Virus record (IMG/VR): IMGVR_UViG_3300045988_183785 | Span: 305-64,304 of that record | Source of the DNA: a virus | Direction: 5' to 3' (one strand) | DNA: 64,000 nucleotides | Shown: positions 40,578 to 49,956 of the stretch, piece after piece | How positions within the stretch are numbered: the first letter of the stretch is position 1 | How the letters are laid out: each line of letters starts with the position of its first letter | Program-made: the position numbers and the translations under genes | The notes under the pieces: model-generated | What the model was told of the DNA's origin: nothing | The model's input: only the letters and a program-made list of their open reading frames with translations | Databases searched by the model: none

Positions 40578-40997
40578 TTACTTTTTCCGGTTCTTGAAAA
40601 TTTCAACGGTAAATTCAAGGCAGAAGTCTGCCACCTGCAGGCGGTCGGTGGAATCTCCGGTAAAAATCGGACTGATTCCGTTTGCTGCCGCCATCCGGTT
40701 AATGACATTGCAGCTATTGCAAGCAACGTCATGGTAGCATTTACGGAGCCTGTCGATGGTCTGCAATGCGTCGCGGAGGTCTTCGCCCTCAAGACGGTTG
40801 TGAGCAATGATGATGCGGGTCTCACCCATATCAACTGTGTTCACATAGTCGAGGAAGGCAGAGCATCGCTCTTCAAGGCTCTCAAGCAGCTTATCTGCAT
40901 TGGGAATACCCTTCTTGACGCATTCGCCGACCTTGGCGCAGAGCGCGTTGTAATTTTCACGATTGAAAAAGTTGATGTTGTTATAGTTCTGAGTCAT
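40578..40997 (-). CDS. Hypothetical protein (139 aa) lying between the AAA+ and vWA genes
   Basis: ATG preceded by AGGAGAAAAAAA. No known domain. Confidence 0.45.
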   Translation of the reverse strand: MTQNYNNINFFNRENYNALCAKVGECVKKGIPNADKLLESLEERCSAFLDYVNTVDMGETRIIIAHNRLEGEDLRDALQTIDRLRKCYHDVACNSCNVINRMAAANGISPIFTGDSTDRLQVADFCLEFTVEIFKNRKK

Positions 40998-41073
40998 GGT
41001 GTTTTTTTCTCCTTTCTTTCTTATCCGAAAAGAAAGAAAAGAGGCACCATGCCTCTTTTCTCCTTTCGGACCC

Positions 41074-42939
41074 TTATGCCACCTTGCTGATGACTTGTGC
41101 TGCGTTGGAACGAATTTCGTTCTGTTCAACGGGGTCGTTCGTGCATTTCGAGATGAGGCACGTGTCAATATACTTTTCAAGATTCGCCAGATAGCGGTCA
41201 TCACACTGCACGCAGCACACGAGGGATTCGAGCTCACAGATGGTGCAAGAACCCTCGGTGATTTCCTTGTCCGCACAGTAGCTGCGAATCTGCTCGTACA
41301 CATCGTAGAGCGCGTACAGGGTTCTGTCATCGCGACTCCAGCCGGTGTTGTATTTGATGCGCTCCAGCATGGCTTTCTTCTCGATTTCCGTACTGTCGAA
41401 AATCATGCGGCAGCGACGGAGAACCGACTGGTCAATGGGACGGCAGGAAGCATATCCGACGTTATCTGTGAATACCACAACGGCGTCCTTCTGCCGATAG
41501 GTAAATCCACCATCTACCAGAGGAATCATAGCTCCCGGCAAATCGTACTGGTTCAGCGCGACCATAACACCGGAATCCTTGATTCGGCTGACCTCCTGAA
41601 TCTCGCAGATGTATCCGCGAGAAACAGCCTTCACAAAAGCGGATTCAACCACTTTCACGGGGGAAGTGCAGCCGGCACGTGCAACCAACAGCTCGGAATA
41701 CTTTGCAAAGCACTCCTCGGAGGTAATGCCCGTGCCATCTTCTCCTGTCATGTTGTTCCACGCGGATTCGGGGTCGAAGGAAATTTCCTCAAAGGAGGGG
41801 AGTTCTCCTCGTGCCGCATCCACAGGATTGCAGGGAACGAACTCGGAAATCAAGTCCTTTGCCAACATATCAGTATGACAGGTCAGCTCCAAACGGGGGG
41901 TGTGCAGGATGCACGCCAACACCTTCGTACCGGTAGACTTGCCGTAACCGGTAATGCCGCGCCACAGGAAGTTGCGGAACGGAACGCGCATATTAGACGT
42001 TGCGACGATTTTATCTGCGATTTCGATTACCTCCGGCTGGACCTTGAAGTCGTCGTCAAAGGTGGGAATCAGCAGTTCTTCGTCTTGCGTCCACGTATGT
42101 GTTTTTGTCCATGCAGCATATCTGAGTTTGGCATCCTTCACGGTCATGCTCTTTTCAGACGAGCCGGTGCTTGAGGCCATGGTTCCACCGATAATGGTCG
42201 GGGAGCCAACGATGACGGTGCCATTAAAGGCTCCACTGTTTACCTTCTGCCGGGTCAGGGTATCCAGATTGCCGTTCTGGATGTTGAGAGGGATTTTTCC
42301 GTCTTCACAACCGTAGTAGAGAATGTCGCTGAATGTGTAGAGGAAGTCTCTTGCATCAGGAATCTCATCCATATGGTTGCCCCAGTCGGCGGGGTACTTG
42401 GCACTCAGGTCAAGGATGTCCGTCTGTACCTGCTTGAGCTCCACATTGTTTGCGACAACAGCCAGTTCAGGTGCGCCGTAATACGTTGCGAGGGTGAACG
42501 GGGTCATCGCAAGGAGAGCACCGCTCAGGTCGAGAGTGTCCGACTCCGAGCCAATAGACGGGGTTCCCGCCCACTGTCCGGAAGGTGCCGCTGACGCAGC
42601 CGCCAGCTTACCTACTGCCGGCGCATTCGTTTGAATGACCGTCTTGTAGGTGAAAAGATACGTCCTCGATTCCGTGGCGTCTCGATATTCCGCGCTCCAC
42701 AGGTTATCAGAAACCTGCAAAAGAGCGTAGTCATCGACAAAATTGGGAATTCCCAGATACGCCAAAAGAGCTCTGGTCGCATAGTTGTGAAGGGTAGAAT
42801 ACCCCTTTGCAGAGGGGCGCTTGGGAGCACTCCATTTGGACACCGTACTTGTGTTTCTATTGGGAAGCGAGTTCAGCCCGTACGGAAGGGTGCTGATATC
42901 GAACCCTTTCTTCCCTCGGAAGAGTACACAGTTTGCCAT
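41074..42939 (-). CDS. MoxR/CbbQ/CobS-like AAA+ ATPase with an N-terminal extension of about 330 aa
   Basis: Walker A motif RGITGYGKSTGTKVLACIL. Walker-B-like motif YICEIQEVSRIKDSGVMVALNQ aligns with the MoxR motif LLADEINRAPPKTQSALLEAMQ. First gene of the operon driven by module R1. Confidence 0.65.
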   Translation of the reverse strand: MANCVLFRGKKGFDISTLPYGLNSLPNRNTSTVSKWSAPKRPSAKGYSTLHNYATRALLAYLGIPNFVDDYALLQVSDNLWSAEYRDATESRTYLFTYKTVIQTNAPAVGKLAAASAAPSGQWAGTPSIGSESDTLDLSGALLAMTPFTLATYYGAPELAVVANNVELKQVQTDILDLSAKYPADWGNHMDEIPDARDFLYTFSDILYYGCEDGKIPLNIQNGNLDTLTRQKVNSGAFNGTVIVGSPTIIGGTMASSTGSSEKSMTVKDAKLRYAAWTKTHTWTQDEELLIPTFDDDFKVQPEVIEIADKIVATSNMRVPFRNFLWRGITGYGKSTGTKVLACILHTPRLELTCHTDMLAKDLISEFVPCNPVDAARGELPSFEEISFDPESAWNNMTGEDGTGITSEECFAKYSELLVARAGCTSPVKVVESAFVKAVSRGYICEIQEVSRIKDSGVMVALNQYDLPGAMIPLVDGGFTYRQKDAVVVFTDNVGYASCRPIDQSVLRRCRMIFDSTEIEKKAMLERIKYNTGWSRDDRTLYALYDVYEQIRSYCADKEITEGSCTICELESLVCCVQCDDRYLANLEKYIDTCLISKCTNDPVEQNEIRSNAAQVISKVA

Positions 42940-42999
42940 GATGTTTTCTCCTTTCTCCCAGCCTGTGATAAGGACTTACGGGAAACCAAAATAAAATGT

Positions 43000-43200
43000 A
43001 TATATAGAAAAAGACAATCACTGCCCGAAAAGGGAAGTGATTGTCTGAATTTATGATGTGACTTGAAAAACGGAGATAAAACTCCTTATAAAAATATCTT
43101 CGTAATTATACTATTATACTACCACGTTTCGCTATTTTGTCAACAGCAGCAACGTAAAAAAAGAAGCTCCCGAAGGAGCTTCTTTTGAAATTTAGTTTTT
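43000..43200 (-). promoter_or_regulatory. Repeat module R1: terminator of the upstream operon, then promoter (TTGACA-N19-TATAAT-AG-TATAAT), conserved leader and a terminator-like attenuator hairpin
   Basis: Sequence shared with 48935-49125, 52925-53112 and 55965-56160. Read on the minus strand it is TTGACAaaatagcgaaacgtggtagTATAATagTATAATtacgaagatatttttataAGGAGttttatCTCC...AGACAATCACT-loop-AGTGATTGTCT-TTTTTCTATATA. Confidence 0.6.
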
Positions 43201-43212
43201 TTTATCTTGCTT

Positions 43213-43854
43213 TTAGCATTCCCTTTTAACCATGCGCTCCTGATACTCCTTCAGAACCCTTTGGCCGTACCCATCAGCGTCGTTGCGATAATCCAAGGAA
43301 AACGCTGCGAAGGCGTCTCGCAGCACGGCGGCGCTTCTGGAAATGGTCTGGAGCAGTTCATTTTCCTGATGGCTCATTGCGGAGAGTGTGGTGTCGAAAT
43401 CCTCATGGTACTGAGCCGTCCAAGCGGTCGTAAATGTACCATCATCATCCCAAATCCACAAAGGGTCATTATGCTGCCCTTTTGCCTTGTAGAGTATATC
43501 CGTGCAATGCGACACATGGACGATATACTCGCACAGCGCAAAGTACAACTCGTGGTAGGCTTTGATGGATTTCTGTTTGCTCTCACTGTCGCTGCGGAAC
43601 AGAATACCGGAAATCAGGAGATGGGCGTAGTTTTGTTCGACGAAGCCGTATAACTCAGCCAGTTCGCGCTTCCGCAGAACCAGTTCCGCCGCGTCTTGCG
43701 GCAGGTCAGACAACTTCGGACGAACCTGTAAGGACGCACCCATCCCGATGATTGTGGCAATGGCTTCAGCCGCTTTCTCATAGCGGTTGATATACAGAAT
43801 GGTCTCTCTTATCTTCGGTATTACAAAATGGCGAATGTCGGCAGTATCCAGCAT
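43213..43854 (-). CDS. Hypothetical protein (213 aa)
   Basis: ATG preceded by AGGAGGAACAAACGAAA. Last gene of operon 2. Confidence 0.45.
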   Translation of the reverse strand: MLDTADIRHFVIPKIRETILYINRYEKAAEAIATIIGMGASLQVRPKLSDLPQDAAELVLRKRELAELYGFVEQNYAHLLISGILFRSDSESKQKSIKAYHELYFALCEYIVHVSHCTDILYKAKGQHNDPLWIWDDDGTFTTAWTAQYHEDFDTTLSAMSHQENELLQTISRSAAVLRDAFAAFSLDYRNDADGYGQRVLKEYQERMVKREC

Positions 43855-43880
43855 TTTCGTTTGTTCCTCCTTTCCGTGGC

Positions 43881-44927
43881 TTAAATGGCGCAAGTGAATG
43901 TGTCATTGCAGCCAGACTTTTCCATCTCTTTTTCCCATGCCTCAGTAATCTTGTTGCTGGGAGCGCCGGATGCCTTCTTCCATATAATAGCATCACCGCT
44001 GACTTCCAGCGCATCATCGCAAAAGACAAGCGAATTAAAGGTATGCTCGTCTTCATAGAGTGCCAGATGCATCGGGTTCAGCATGACTGCGCCTTCCGTC
44101 AGCAGCATACGGGCCCAGAGCTGGTATTCAAGCGACCAGCGGGACGTTTCTGCCGGCAGGTCGCCATACAGCTCGTCCAACTTTCGCAAGATGGAGGCGC
44201 AAATCACGCAGCCTGCGGGAGTTCCGTGATGCGTACCGAGATACGGCAGCTTGGCGAAGAATAGGGGACTCTCAGCATACTCGTCTTCCGCATAGGCGTA
44301 AAACGTTAGCTCCATGTCCGCTGCTGCGAAGAACCGGTCGGGAAGGATATCCTTCACTTTACAGTTGCTCCAGACAACATCATCCGAAAGGAATCTGAAG
44401 CCAAGAGGCTCCGTCCTATCAGGTGTGAGGTACTTCCGTGCCATATGTCGGACGAGGGCAACGAAACCCAGCTCATGCCGCAGCGTCGGCACATCGTCAA
44501 AGATTCTGTGAATGTTTGCCCACAGCTTCTCTTCGCTTCGTTCCACGCACTCGAAAAAGAGTTTGCAGGACGACCCGTGTGTGAAAGCGACACTCAGGGT
44601 CACGAGCCAAGGTGCGAAATCATCAGGCTTCAGAACATACTCTTTCTGCCCAGTACAGGCGACCGGCACAAACCAACCACCCGCACGAGCTTCGCTATAC
44701 GAAGCGTCCTCCGCAGCATAGGCGGTTGTTCTGAAGGCATCGTCGGTGTCCTTATCAGGAATATCAATGGCATCGCCCTTGCAGATATACTTGAAGGGGA
44801 CATACATTTCCACCTCTCTAATGCCGTCGCCATCTGCATCATCCGTATCACGGCAGTAACGCACGATATGGACCAATACGTTCTCGTCGCAATGCAGCTT
44901 TCGCTTGTTCGAAATCAGATTATCCAT
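43881..44927 (-). CDS. Hypothetical protein, the downstream copy of a tandem paralog pair
   Basis: 348 aa. The C-terminal half is about 70% identical to the product of 44945-45982, for example ELTFYAYAEDEYAESPLFFAKLPYLG and LEYQLWARMLLTEGAVMLNP. Confidence 0.45.
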   Translation of the reverse strand: MDNLISNKRKLHCDENVLVHIVRYCRDTDDADGDGIREVEMYVPFKYICKGDAIDIPDKDTDDAFRTTAYAAEDASYSEARAGGWFVPVACTGQKEYVLKPDDFAPWLVTLSVAFTHGSSCKLFFECVERSEEKLWANIHRIFDDVPTLRHELGFVALVRHMARKYLTPDRTEPLGFRFLSDDVVWSNCKVKDILPDRFFAAADMELTFYAYAEDEYAESPLFFAKLPYLGTHHGTPAGCVICASILRKLDELYGDLPAETSRWSLEYQLWARMLLTEGAVMLNPMHLALYEDEHTFNSLVFCDDALEVSGDAIIWKKASGAPSNKITEAWEKEMEKSGCNDTFTCAI

Positions 44928-44944
44928 GTTTTCTCCTTTCAACG

Positions 44945-45982
44945 TCAGCCAGTTACGATGCAGGTAAAAGCCTCATCGCCGGACTCACTCATGTCATTCT
45001 CCCACGCCTCGGCGATTACGCTGATAGGTGTTTTGACAGCCTTTGCCCACGCAATACCGTCACCGCTGTCTTTCAGCATTTTATTACCGAAAGCCAGCGT
45101 TTTGAATTCGTAGGCGCAGTCGGGGAGGTCGAGGTGCTTCGGATTCAGCATGACCGCACCTTCTGCCAGCAGCATACGAGCCCAAAGCTGATACTCCAGA
45201 GCCCATTTTGTTGTGTCTTCAGGCAGGTCGCCGTACATCTCATCCAGCTTCTGCAGCAGTTCTGCGATTGCAGCACGTCCCTCAGGCTTGTTGTACCGTT
45301 CGCCCAAATCGGGCAGTTTGGCAAAGAACAGGGGGGACGCTGAATACTCGCCGTCGGAATAGGCGAAGAACGTCAGCTCCATGGCAGGGGAATTGAAGAA
45401 CTTCTCAGAGAGAATGTCCTTCACACCGCACTGGGTGAAGTTTACGCTGTCCGAAATGAGGCGGAAGCCGAACTGCTCCGTCCACTCGCGGGTAAGGTCT
45501 CTCTTCGCCATGGCCGCAACCGTGTCAGAATGCCGCCCGCAGGTGTTTTCCGGAGCCACACGCGGCTCGAATCTCGCCCGCATATTGTTGACGATAGCTT
45601 CAGTATCGTTGAGGACACTCTCAAAAAGCAGCCGGCAGCCGCGCCAATCTCCTTCGTCGGTGACGGAAAGGCTGATGATATAGGGCGCAAAATCTGCAGG
45701 ATGGAGAATCAATACCGTCTTGCCGGCATCCTCAGTGACCTTAACAGACCAGCCGCACTCATTCCCGTATCGCTCGTCCTTCTCGAAAGAAGCATTTGTG
45801 AGAACGGAAAAGTGCAGTTCGTGACCGTCGCTGAAGACGCTCACAGAATCGCTCTTGCGGATGTCCTTGAAAGGAACGAATGTGGTCTCGAATCTGTCGT
45901 GCTTAGGGTTGTTGCGGGAGACCTTAACCAGCGTGTTCTCGTCGCAGAAAGCTGCGGCGGCTTTGATAGATACATTGTTCAT
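44945..45982 (-). CDS. Hypothetical protein, the upstream copy of a tandem paralog pair
   Basis: ATG preceded by AGGAGAAAAAT. Shares ELTFFAYSDGEYSASPLFFAKLPDLG and LEYQLWARMLLAEGAVMLNP with the downstream copy. Confidence 0.45.
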   Translation of the reverse strand: MNNVSIKAAAAFCDENTLVKVSRNNPKHDRFETTFVPFKDIRKSDSVSVFSDGHELHFSVLTNASFEKDERYGNECGWSVKVTEDAGKTVLILHPADFAPYIISLSVTDEGDWRGCRLLFESVLNDTEAIVNNMRARFEPRVAPENTCGRHSDTVAAMAKRDLTREWTEQFGFRLISDSVNFTQCGVKDILSEKFFNSPAMELTFFAYSDGEYSASPLFFAKLPDLGERYNKPEGRAAIAELLQKLDEMYGDLPEDTTKWALEYQLWARMLLAEGAVMLNPKHLDLPDCAYEFKTLAFGNKMLKDSGDGIAWAKAVKTPISVIAEAWENDMSESGDEAFTCIVTG

Positions 45983-46047
45983 ATTTTTCTCCTTTCTTTT
46001 TTGGGAAAGCAGGGGAGAGGCAGAGTGCCTCTCCCGCTGGCTTTGAT

Positions 46048-46215
46048 TTAACCGGTTATGACCGCCACAATAACCAAAACAATGGTGAGCGCAATAGTAC
46101 CAAAGGCAGCCGGAAGCATTTCTGGCTGGTCTGTTTTTTTTGCGGCTATGACTGAGACGACCATTGCGGCGATGATGAGAACGACATAGGCTATAAACAA
46201 GGGGTTCGTCAGCAT
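46048..46215 (-). CDS. Small membrane protein (55 aa, two TM helices)
   Basis: ATG with GGAGAAGGA upstream. Fully hydrophobic. Confidence 0.35.
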   Translation of the reverse strand: MLTNPLFIAYVVLIIAAMVVSVIAAKKTDQPEMLPAAFGTIALTIVLVIVAVITG

Positions 46216-46235
46216 TTTGAACACGTCCTTCTCCG

Positions 46236-46397
46236 TTAATACCACCGAACAAGTGCGAACAGTTCCACCATAATAACGCCCACAGAAACGCTGCAGACGA
46301 TTGGCGGCAAGAGGTCCTGTGTGTCCAGTCTCCTTATGCCAAGGAATATGCCGCACATCACGAAAATGGTCAGAGCGAAGTAAAGAATAATCGACAT
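46236..46397 (-). CDS. Small membrane protein (53 aa, two TM helices)
   Basis: Hydrophobic ORF with a weak RBS. Confidence 0.3.
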   Translation of the reverse strand: MSIILYFALTIFVMCGIFLGIRRLDTQDLLPPIVCSVSVGVIMVELFALVRWY

Positions 46398-46402
46398 TAG
46401 AG

Positions 46403-47044
46403 TTACTCCACCTCGCTCTTTTCCAGCTCGGAAAGGTTGTCGCATTCAAATCCGCAGGTCATGCAGTGATATGGACCGTAGGGGTCAGACGACTCGTAGA
46501 TGTTAGATTCGATTTCGTCGTTGATATTTCCGAGGAAATCTCCCGTTTCGATGTCAACCAACACATCAATGTGGAGGACCTGATGACCAGAGAAAGATAC
46601 GCCACCACAGTTGGGGCAGCAGCGGGTATACACCTTCTGCTCCCGCTCTGATGCACCAGATTCGATGTCTTCAAACGCTTCGGCGAGTGTGAGAAGCATC
46701 TCATTGATTTCCTTGGCGTCCTCGACAAGCACTGACAGTTTCGGAACGCCTGACGTGCCCTTTACGGAAGCCTCCGCAAACAGAGCGACGTGCTCGTCAA
46801 CGTCGAAGTCCTCGTAGACGCGGCGCACAGCAGCGGCTACTCCATCGCCGAAATCATCGTCGGCGTACAGGTCGAAGGAGTAGTCCTCGCCGGCAGGCGA
46901 CCCCTGTCTGAACGTGAACACACCACAGACCTTGTCCTCGTCGATGACCCAGCCCAACGCTTCTGCCTTTTCGCGGTAGTTGGCCGGAAGCAGGTCAGGA
47001 ACACTGGTCTGGACCTCCGCAGCGTTTTTTTGGTTATTCTCCAT
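46403..47044 (-). CDS. Hypothetical acidic protein with a C-terminal zinc ribbon
   Basis: ATG preceded by AGGAGAAAATC. Contains CCPNCGG...CMTCGFEC. Confidence 0.45.
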   Translation of the reverse strand: MENNQKNAAEVQTSVPDLLPANYREKAEALGWVIDEDKVCGVFTFRQGSPAGEDYSFDLYADDDFGDGVAAAVRRVYEDFDVDEHVALFAEASVKGTSGVPKLSVLVEDAKEINEMLLTLAEAFEDIESGASEREQKVYTRCCPNCGGVSFSGHQVLHIDVLVDIETGDFLGNINDEIESNIYESSDPYGPYHCMTCGFECDNLSELEKSEVE

Positions 47045-47066
47045 GATTTTCTCCTTTCTTTTTTCG

Positions 47067-47846
47067 TTAGGCTTCGGCGCCGAACACCTTTTTGCAGATA
47101 GAGTGAATAGCCACGAACTGTTCCTGAAGCTGTGCCGGCACAAGGGAGATGGAGAGACCGGCATCACGCCATACACTATGGCCTGCGAATGCTTTGTCCC
47201 ACAGTTCTCCACGTTCGTGCTGGGCCTCCAAGAGCCTCTCATAGCGTTCTTCTTCCGTCTTTGCAGCGCCAATGTACTGCCGTGTGTACTCGTTGAAGTC
47301 TGAAATATTCATCTCCGTCTGGTCGGTGTACTCAAAGCGGGGATATTGGGAGTCGACGAAATGGGCCGCTTCTCTGGTGAGATTGAACCCTTTCATGTAG
47401 GTACTGCCATTATCGCCCCTGAGGAACAGCAGTGACGCCTGCCAATCACGGGAGACGATTTCGTAGATTTCAGTGATAACGTCGAGCAGATTTCTCTTCT
47501 GCTCTACTGTCAATGAAATCTTCCGTTTCTGCGCCTCCTTCTGCAGAATCTGTTCCGCAGAGCTTTTGGCGCTATCCGTCATCGTAAAAGACGGCGTCCA
47601 GTCGTACATCAGAACACACTTATGGACGACGTTTGCGGCGATTGAAGCAAAAACAGGTCTGAGCTCCTCAATATCCTCTACAGACTTCTTGGCGAAGATG
47701 ATGGCGAGCTGGCAGAAATCGAGCGAGTTGTAGACAGCGTCCACAAAGGACTTCTGCTGCACTTCCCGAATCTCACTGCCGAGCTTGACCAACTCCCCGA
47801 TGTCGGTAGAGTTGATGCGCCAAGCATCAAAGATTTTTGTGCTCAT
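47067..47846 (-). CDS. Hypothetical protein (259 aa)
   Basis: ATG at MSTKIFDAW. No known domain. Confidence 0.4.
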   Translation of the reverse strand: MSTKIFDAWRINSTDIGELVKLGSEIREVQQKSFVDAVYNSLDFCQLAIIFAKKSVEDIEELRPVFASIAANVVHKCVLMYDWTPSFTMTDSAKSSAEQILQKEAQKRKISLTVEQKRNLLDVITEIYEIVSRDWQASLLFLRGDNGSTYMKGFNLTREAAHFVDSQYPRFEYTDQTEMNISDFNEYTRQYIGAAKTEEERYERLLEAQHERGELWDKAFAGHSVWRDAGLSISLVPAQLQEQFVAIHSICKKVFGAEA

Positions 47847-48211
47847 TTCAGGCACCCGCCTTCCTTGAGAATGTCCATGACCTTCTCCAACACGGTCAAC
47901 GGGGCGTTGAAGCCGAAATTGCTCACCGCCCTGCAAAGCGCCACACGCAGTTCCGCCTGCCGGTGATAGTCCTTGGCAGCCTGTTCCGTCTGATACAGCC
48001 GGTAATCTGTACTCCAGTACATGGAGTTTTGCTGGAAGTAGGGATTTCTGTTCGCATCTTCGGAAGGAGCCTTGTAGTATCGACAGTCTCTATTGTCTGT
48101 CAGCCACTTGGTTCCAACCTTGACCGTGACCTCATCCACCACCTTTCCGTGCCGCCGTTCGGCATTACTACCGATAATAGGTACGCGGTAGAGTCTCATC
48201 TCAGTGGCCAT
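47843..48211 (-). CDS. Hypothetical protein (122 aa)
   Basis: ORF with overlapping start/stop to its neighbours (operon arrangement). Confidence 0.4.
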   Translation of the reverse strand: MATEMRLYRVPIIGSNAERRHGKVVDEVTVKVGTKWLTDNRDCRYYKAPSEDANRNPYFQQNSMYWSTDYRLYQTEQAAKDYHRQAELRVALCRAVSNFGFNAPLTVLEKVMDILKEGGCLK

Positions 48212-48410
48212 TGTTCTTACTCCTTTCTTCGTCTGTCAGCCCACCATCCACAGCCATGTCCATCAGCGTATTGATGACGCTGGTTAGACGCTGTGCGAAC
48301 GGGGTGTAGGGGTTCGACAACTCACTGCGGCGCTCCATCAGAATCGCCATAGCAAACTTAGCGTCATTGACGCTCTTCAGCTCTTCGATTGTCCAGCGAT
48401 GCTTACTCAT
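48201..48410 (-). CDS. Hypothetical small protein (69 aa)
   Basis: Coupled ORF within the operon. Confidence 0.3.
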   Translation of the reverse strand: MSKHRWTIEELKSVNDAKFAMAILMERRSELSNPYTPFAQRLTSVINTLMDMAVDGGLTDEERSKNNGH

Positions 48411-48715
48411 GCTCTTGCACCCCCTTCCATAACAGGCCGGTCGGCATAAGCCGACTGCAACGCGAACTCCATAGCGGAGATGACCTGTGCGATTGAGGGC
48501 GTAGGCTTACTCAAATCGCGGGCATATCCGCACCTGTCGTTCAGGTGGGTAGTCAGGGTGTCCCTGACCTTTCCCTGTATTCCCGTTATTTCCAGCAGCC
48601 GCCTCAGAGCGTCGCTGACGTCTTTTGCGGGCAACTTCTTGCGGGGGTGGAACAACAACTCGTTCCGATACTGAGACAATGTGCTGTCAATAAAGTGCAG
48701 CGAAGATGTATCCAT
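48407..48715 (-). CDS. Hypothetical protein (102 aa)
   Basis: Coupled ORF within the operon. Confidence 0.35.
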   Translation of the reverse strand: MDTSSLHFIDSTLSQYRNELLFHPRKKLPAKDVSDALRRLLEITGIQGKVRDTLTTHLNDRCGYARDLSKPTPSIAQVISAMEFALQSAYADRPVMEGGARA

Positions 48716-48730
48716 TTTATTCTCCTTTCT

Positions 48731-48907
48731 CTAAATCTGCTTGTAAGGCCCAAGTGTGATAGACAGGTTGTAGATATAATTACCACAACGCACACATTCG
48801 TCGTTCTTTCCCCACAAGCCGCTTGCTTTCATACCGCGCACGCTGCCTGTATAATGGATAGACGGGTGTGTATCGCACTCGTGCTGGGTAAGCTCCTTTT
48901 GTTTCAT
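48731..48907 (-). CDS. Small Cys/His-containing protein (58 aa), first gene of operon 2
   Basis: ATG 8 nt after AAGGAG. Sequence MKQKELTQHECDTHPSIHYTGSVRGMKASGLWGKNDECVRCGNYIYNLSITLGPYKQI. It falls below the 60-aa ORF cutoff. Confidence 0.3.
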   Translation of the reverse strand: MKQKELTQHECDTHPSIHYTGSVRGMKASGLWGKNDECVRCGNYIYNLSITLGPYKQI

Positions 48908-48934
48908 GCGTTTACTCCTTTCGTTTTTACTTGT

Positions 48935-49125
48935 TCTGAATATATAAAAAGACAGTCGTTCCCAAATGAGAACAACTGTCTTGAATATGATGATGTGACT
49001 GAAAACGGAGATAAATCTCCTTATAAAAATATCTTCGTAATTATACTACTATACTACCACAATTCTTTATAATGTCAACGGAAACGGTACAAAAAAAGAA
49101 GCCCCCGAAAGAGCTTCTTTTTAAG
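48935..49125 (-). promoter_or_regulatory. Repeat module R2 (terminator, promoter, leader and attenuator hairpin)
   Basis: Read on the minus strand: TTGACAttataaagaattgtggtagTATAGTagTATAATtacgaagatatttttataAGGAGAtttATCTCCgttttcagtcacatcatcatattcAAGACAGTTGTTC-loop-GAACGACTGTCTTTTTATATAT. Confidence 0.6.
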
Positions 49126-49131
49126 TTAAGG

Positions 49132-49635
49132 TTATTCGTTCTTTGCAGTCTTATCGGCGATACCATCGAAGATGTTGCCAACAACACGGATTTCGGTGCC
49201 GAGCAGCTTACAAAACGGAACAAAATGTCCGTTGTCGTAAGCCTCGTCCATCAGCTCTGCTGCCGTTTTTGTTTTCAAAGACTCACTAACCAGCAGGCCA
49301 AAAGAACCATTTCGGAACACAACCGTGTTCTCGTTGAAGAGAGGAGTGGGGCGGAATCCTTCAAAGGTCTCCACGATGTCTCCTTCGAACACCTTTGCGC
49401 CGTCCTTGTCGATGATGCCGGTGTACTGCGTTACGGTATCCGCGTAGACACCGCAAACGTCGCGGCTTTCAGCCGTGTCGGACAAGTACGTGTAGATGAT
49501 GGCGAAGTCCTTCGGGCTATTATGGGGACGTGCGGCGCCCCCGTAGACCCAAATTCCCGGCAGGGGTGCTCCGGTTGCCATGCGAACTTTCTCGCCATGC
49601 CGCCGAACCTGACCACGAAACAGGATTTCTTTCAT
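49132..49635 (-). CDS. YopX-family phage-associated protein
   Basis: The N-terminus MKEILFRGQ fits the YopX start (MKEIKFRAW...). Length 167 aa. Last gene of operon 3. Confidence 0.5.
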   Translation of the reverse strand: MKEILFRGQVRRHGEKVRMATGAPLPGIWVYGGAARPHNSPKDFAIIYTYLSDTAESRDVCGVYADTVTQYTGIIDKDGAKVFEGDIVETFEGFRPTPLFNENTVVFRNGSFGLLVSESLKTKTAAELMDEAYDNGHFVPFCKLLGTEIRVVGNIFDGIADKTAKNE

Positions 49636-49656
49636 TGTTTTTTTCTCCTTTCATTT

Positions 49657-49956
49657 TTAATGCAGTCCGTGGAGCTTTTTCCACTGGGCCTTGTCCATCC
49701 AAGGTCCGTCAAAGCTGTCGTCCACACACTCTGTTCTGAGACAGTTAGGGCAGACGAGACAGTCCACAGCCCGCCGGACACGACCGGTCTTGAACCGCAC
49801 ACCATGTTGGATGATTTCTTCCTCCTCCACGAAGTAGCTCGGTTCAAGCTCGCAGCCACAGGTGCCGCAGATGCCAAACGGGTTTGCATTGGACTCGTAG
49901 GTGCCGTTCTGTTTTTGGATATTCTCCTGAATCACTGCATGGTAATCCGTCGCCAT
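49657..49956 (-). CDS. Hypothetical zinc-finger protein (99 aa)
   Basis: Contains CGTCGC...CLVCPNC. Confidence 0.4.
   Translation of the reverse strand: MATDYHAVIQENIQKQNGTYESNANPFGICGTCGCELEPSYFVEEEEIIQHGVRFKTGRVRRAVDCLVCPNCLRTECVDDSFDGPWMDKAQWKKLHGLH

Noticed and set aside
38332-40737. 801-aa plus-strand ORF antisense to the vWA/peptidase gene, and 417-aa minus-strand ORF (31491-32744) antisense to the flotillin gene
   Set aside because: The opposite-strand genes carry unambiguous MIDAS/HExxH and SPFH signatures. These long ORFs translate to low-complexity sequence and are artefacts.
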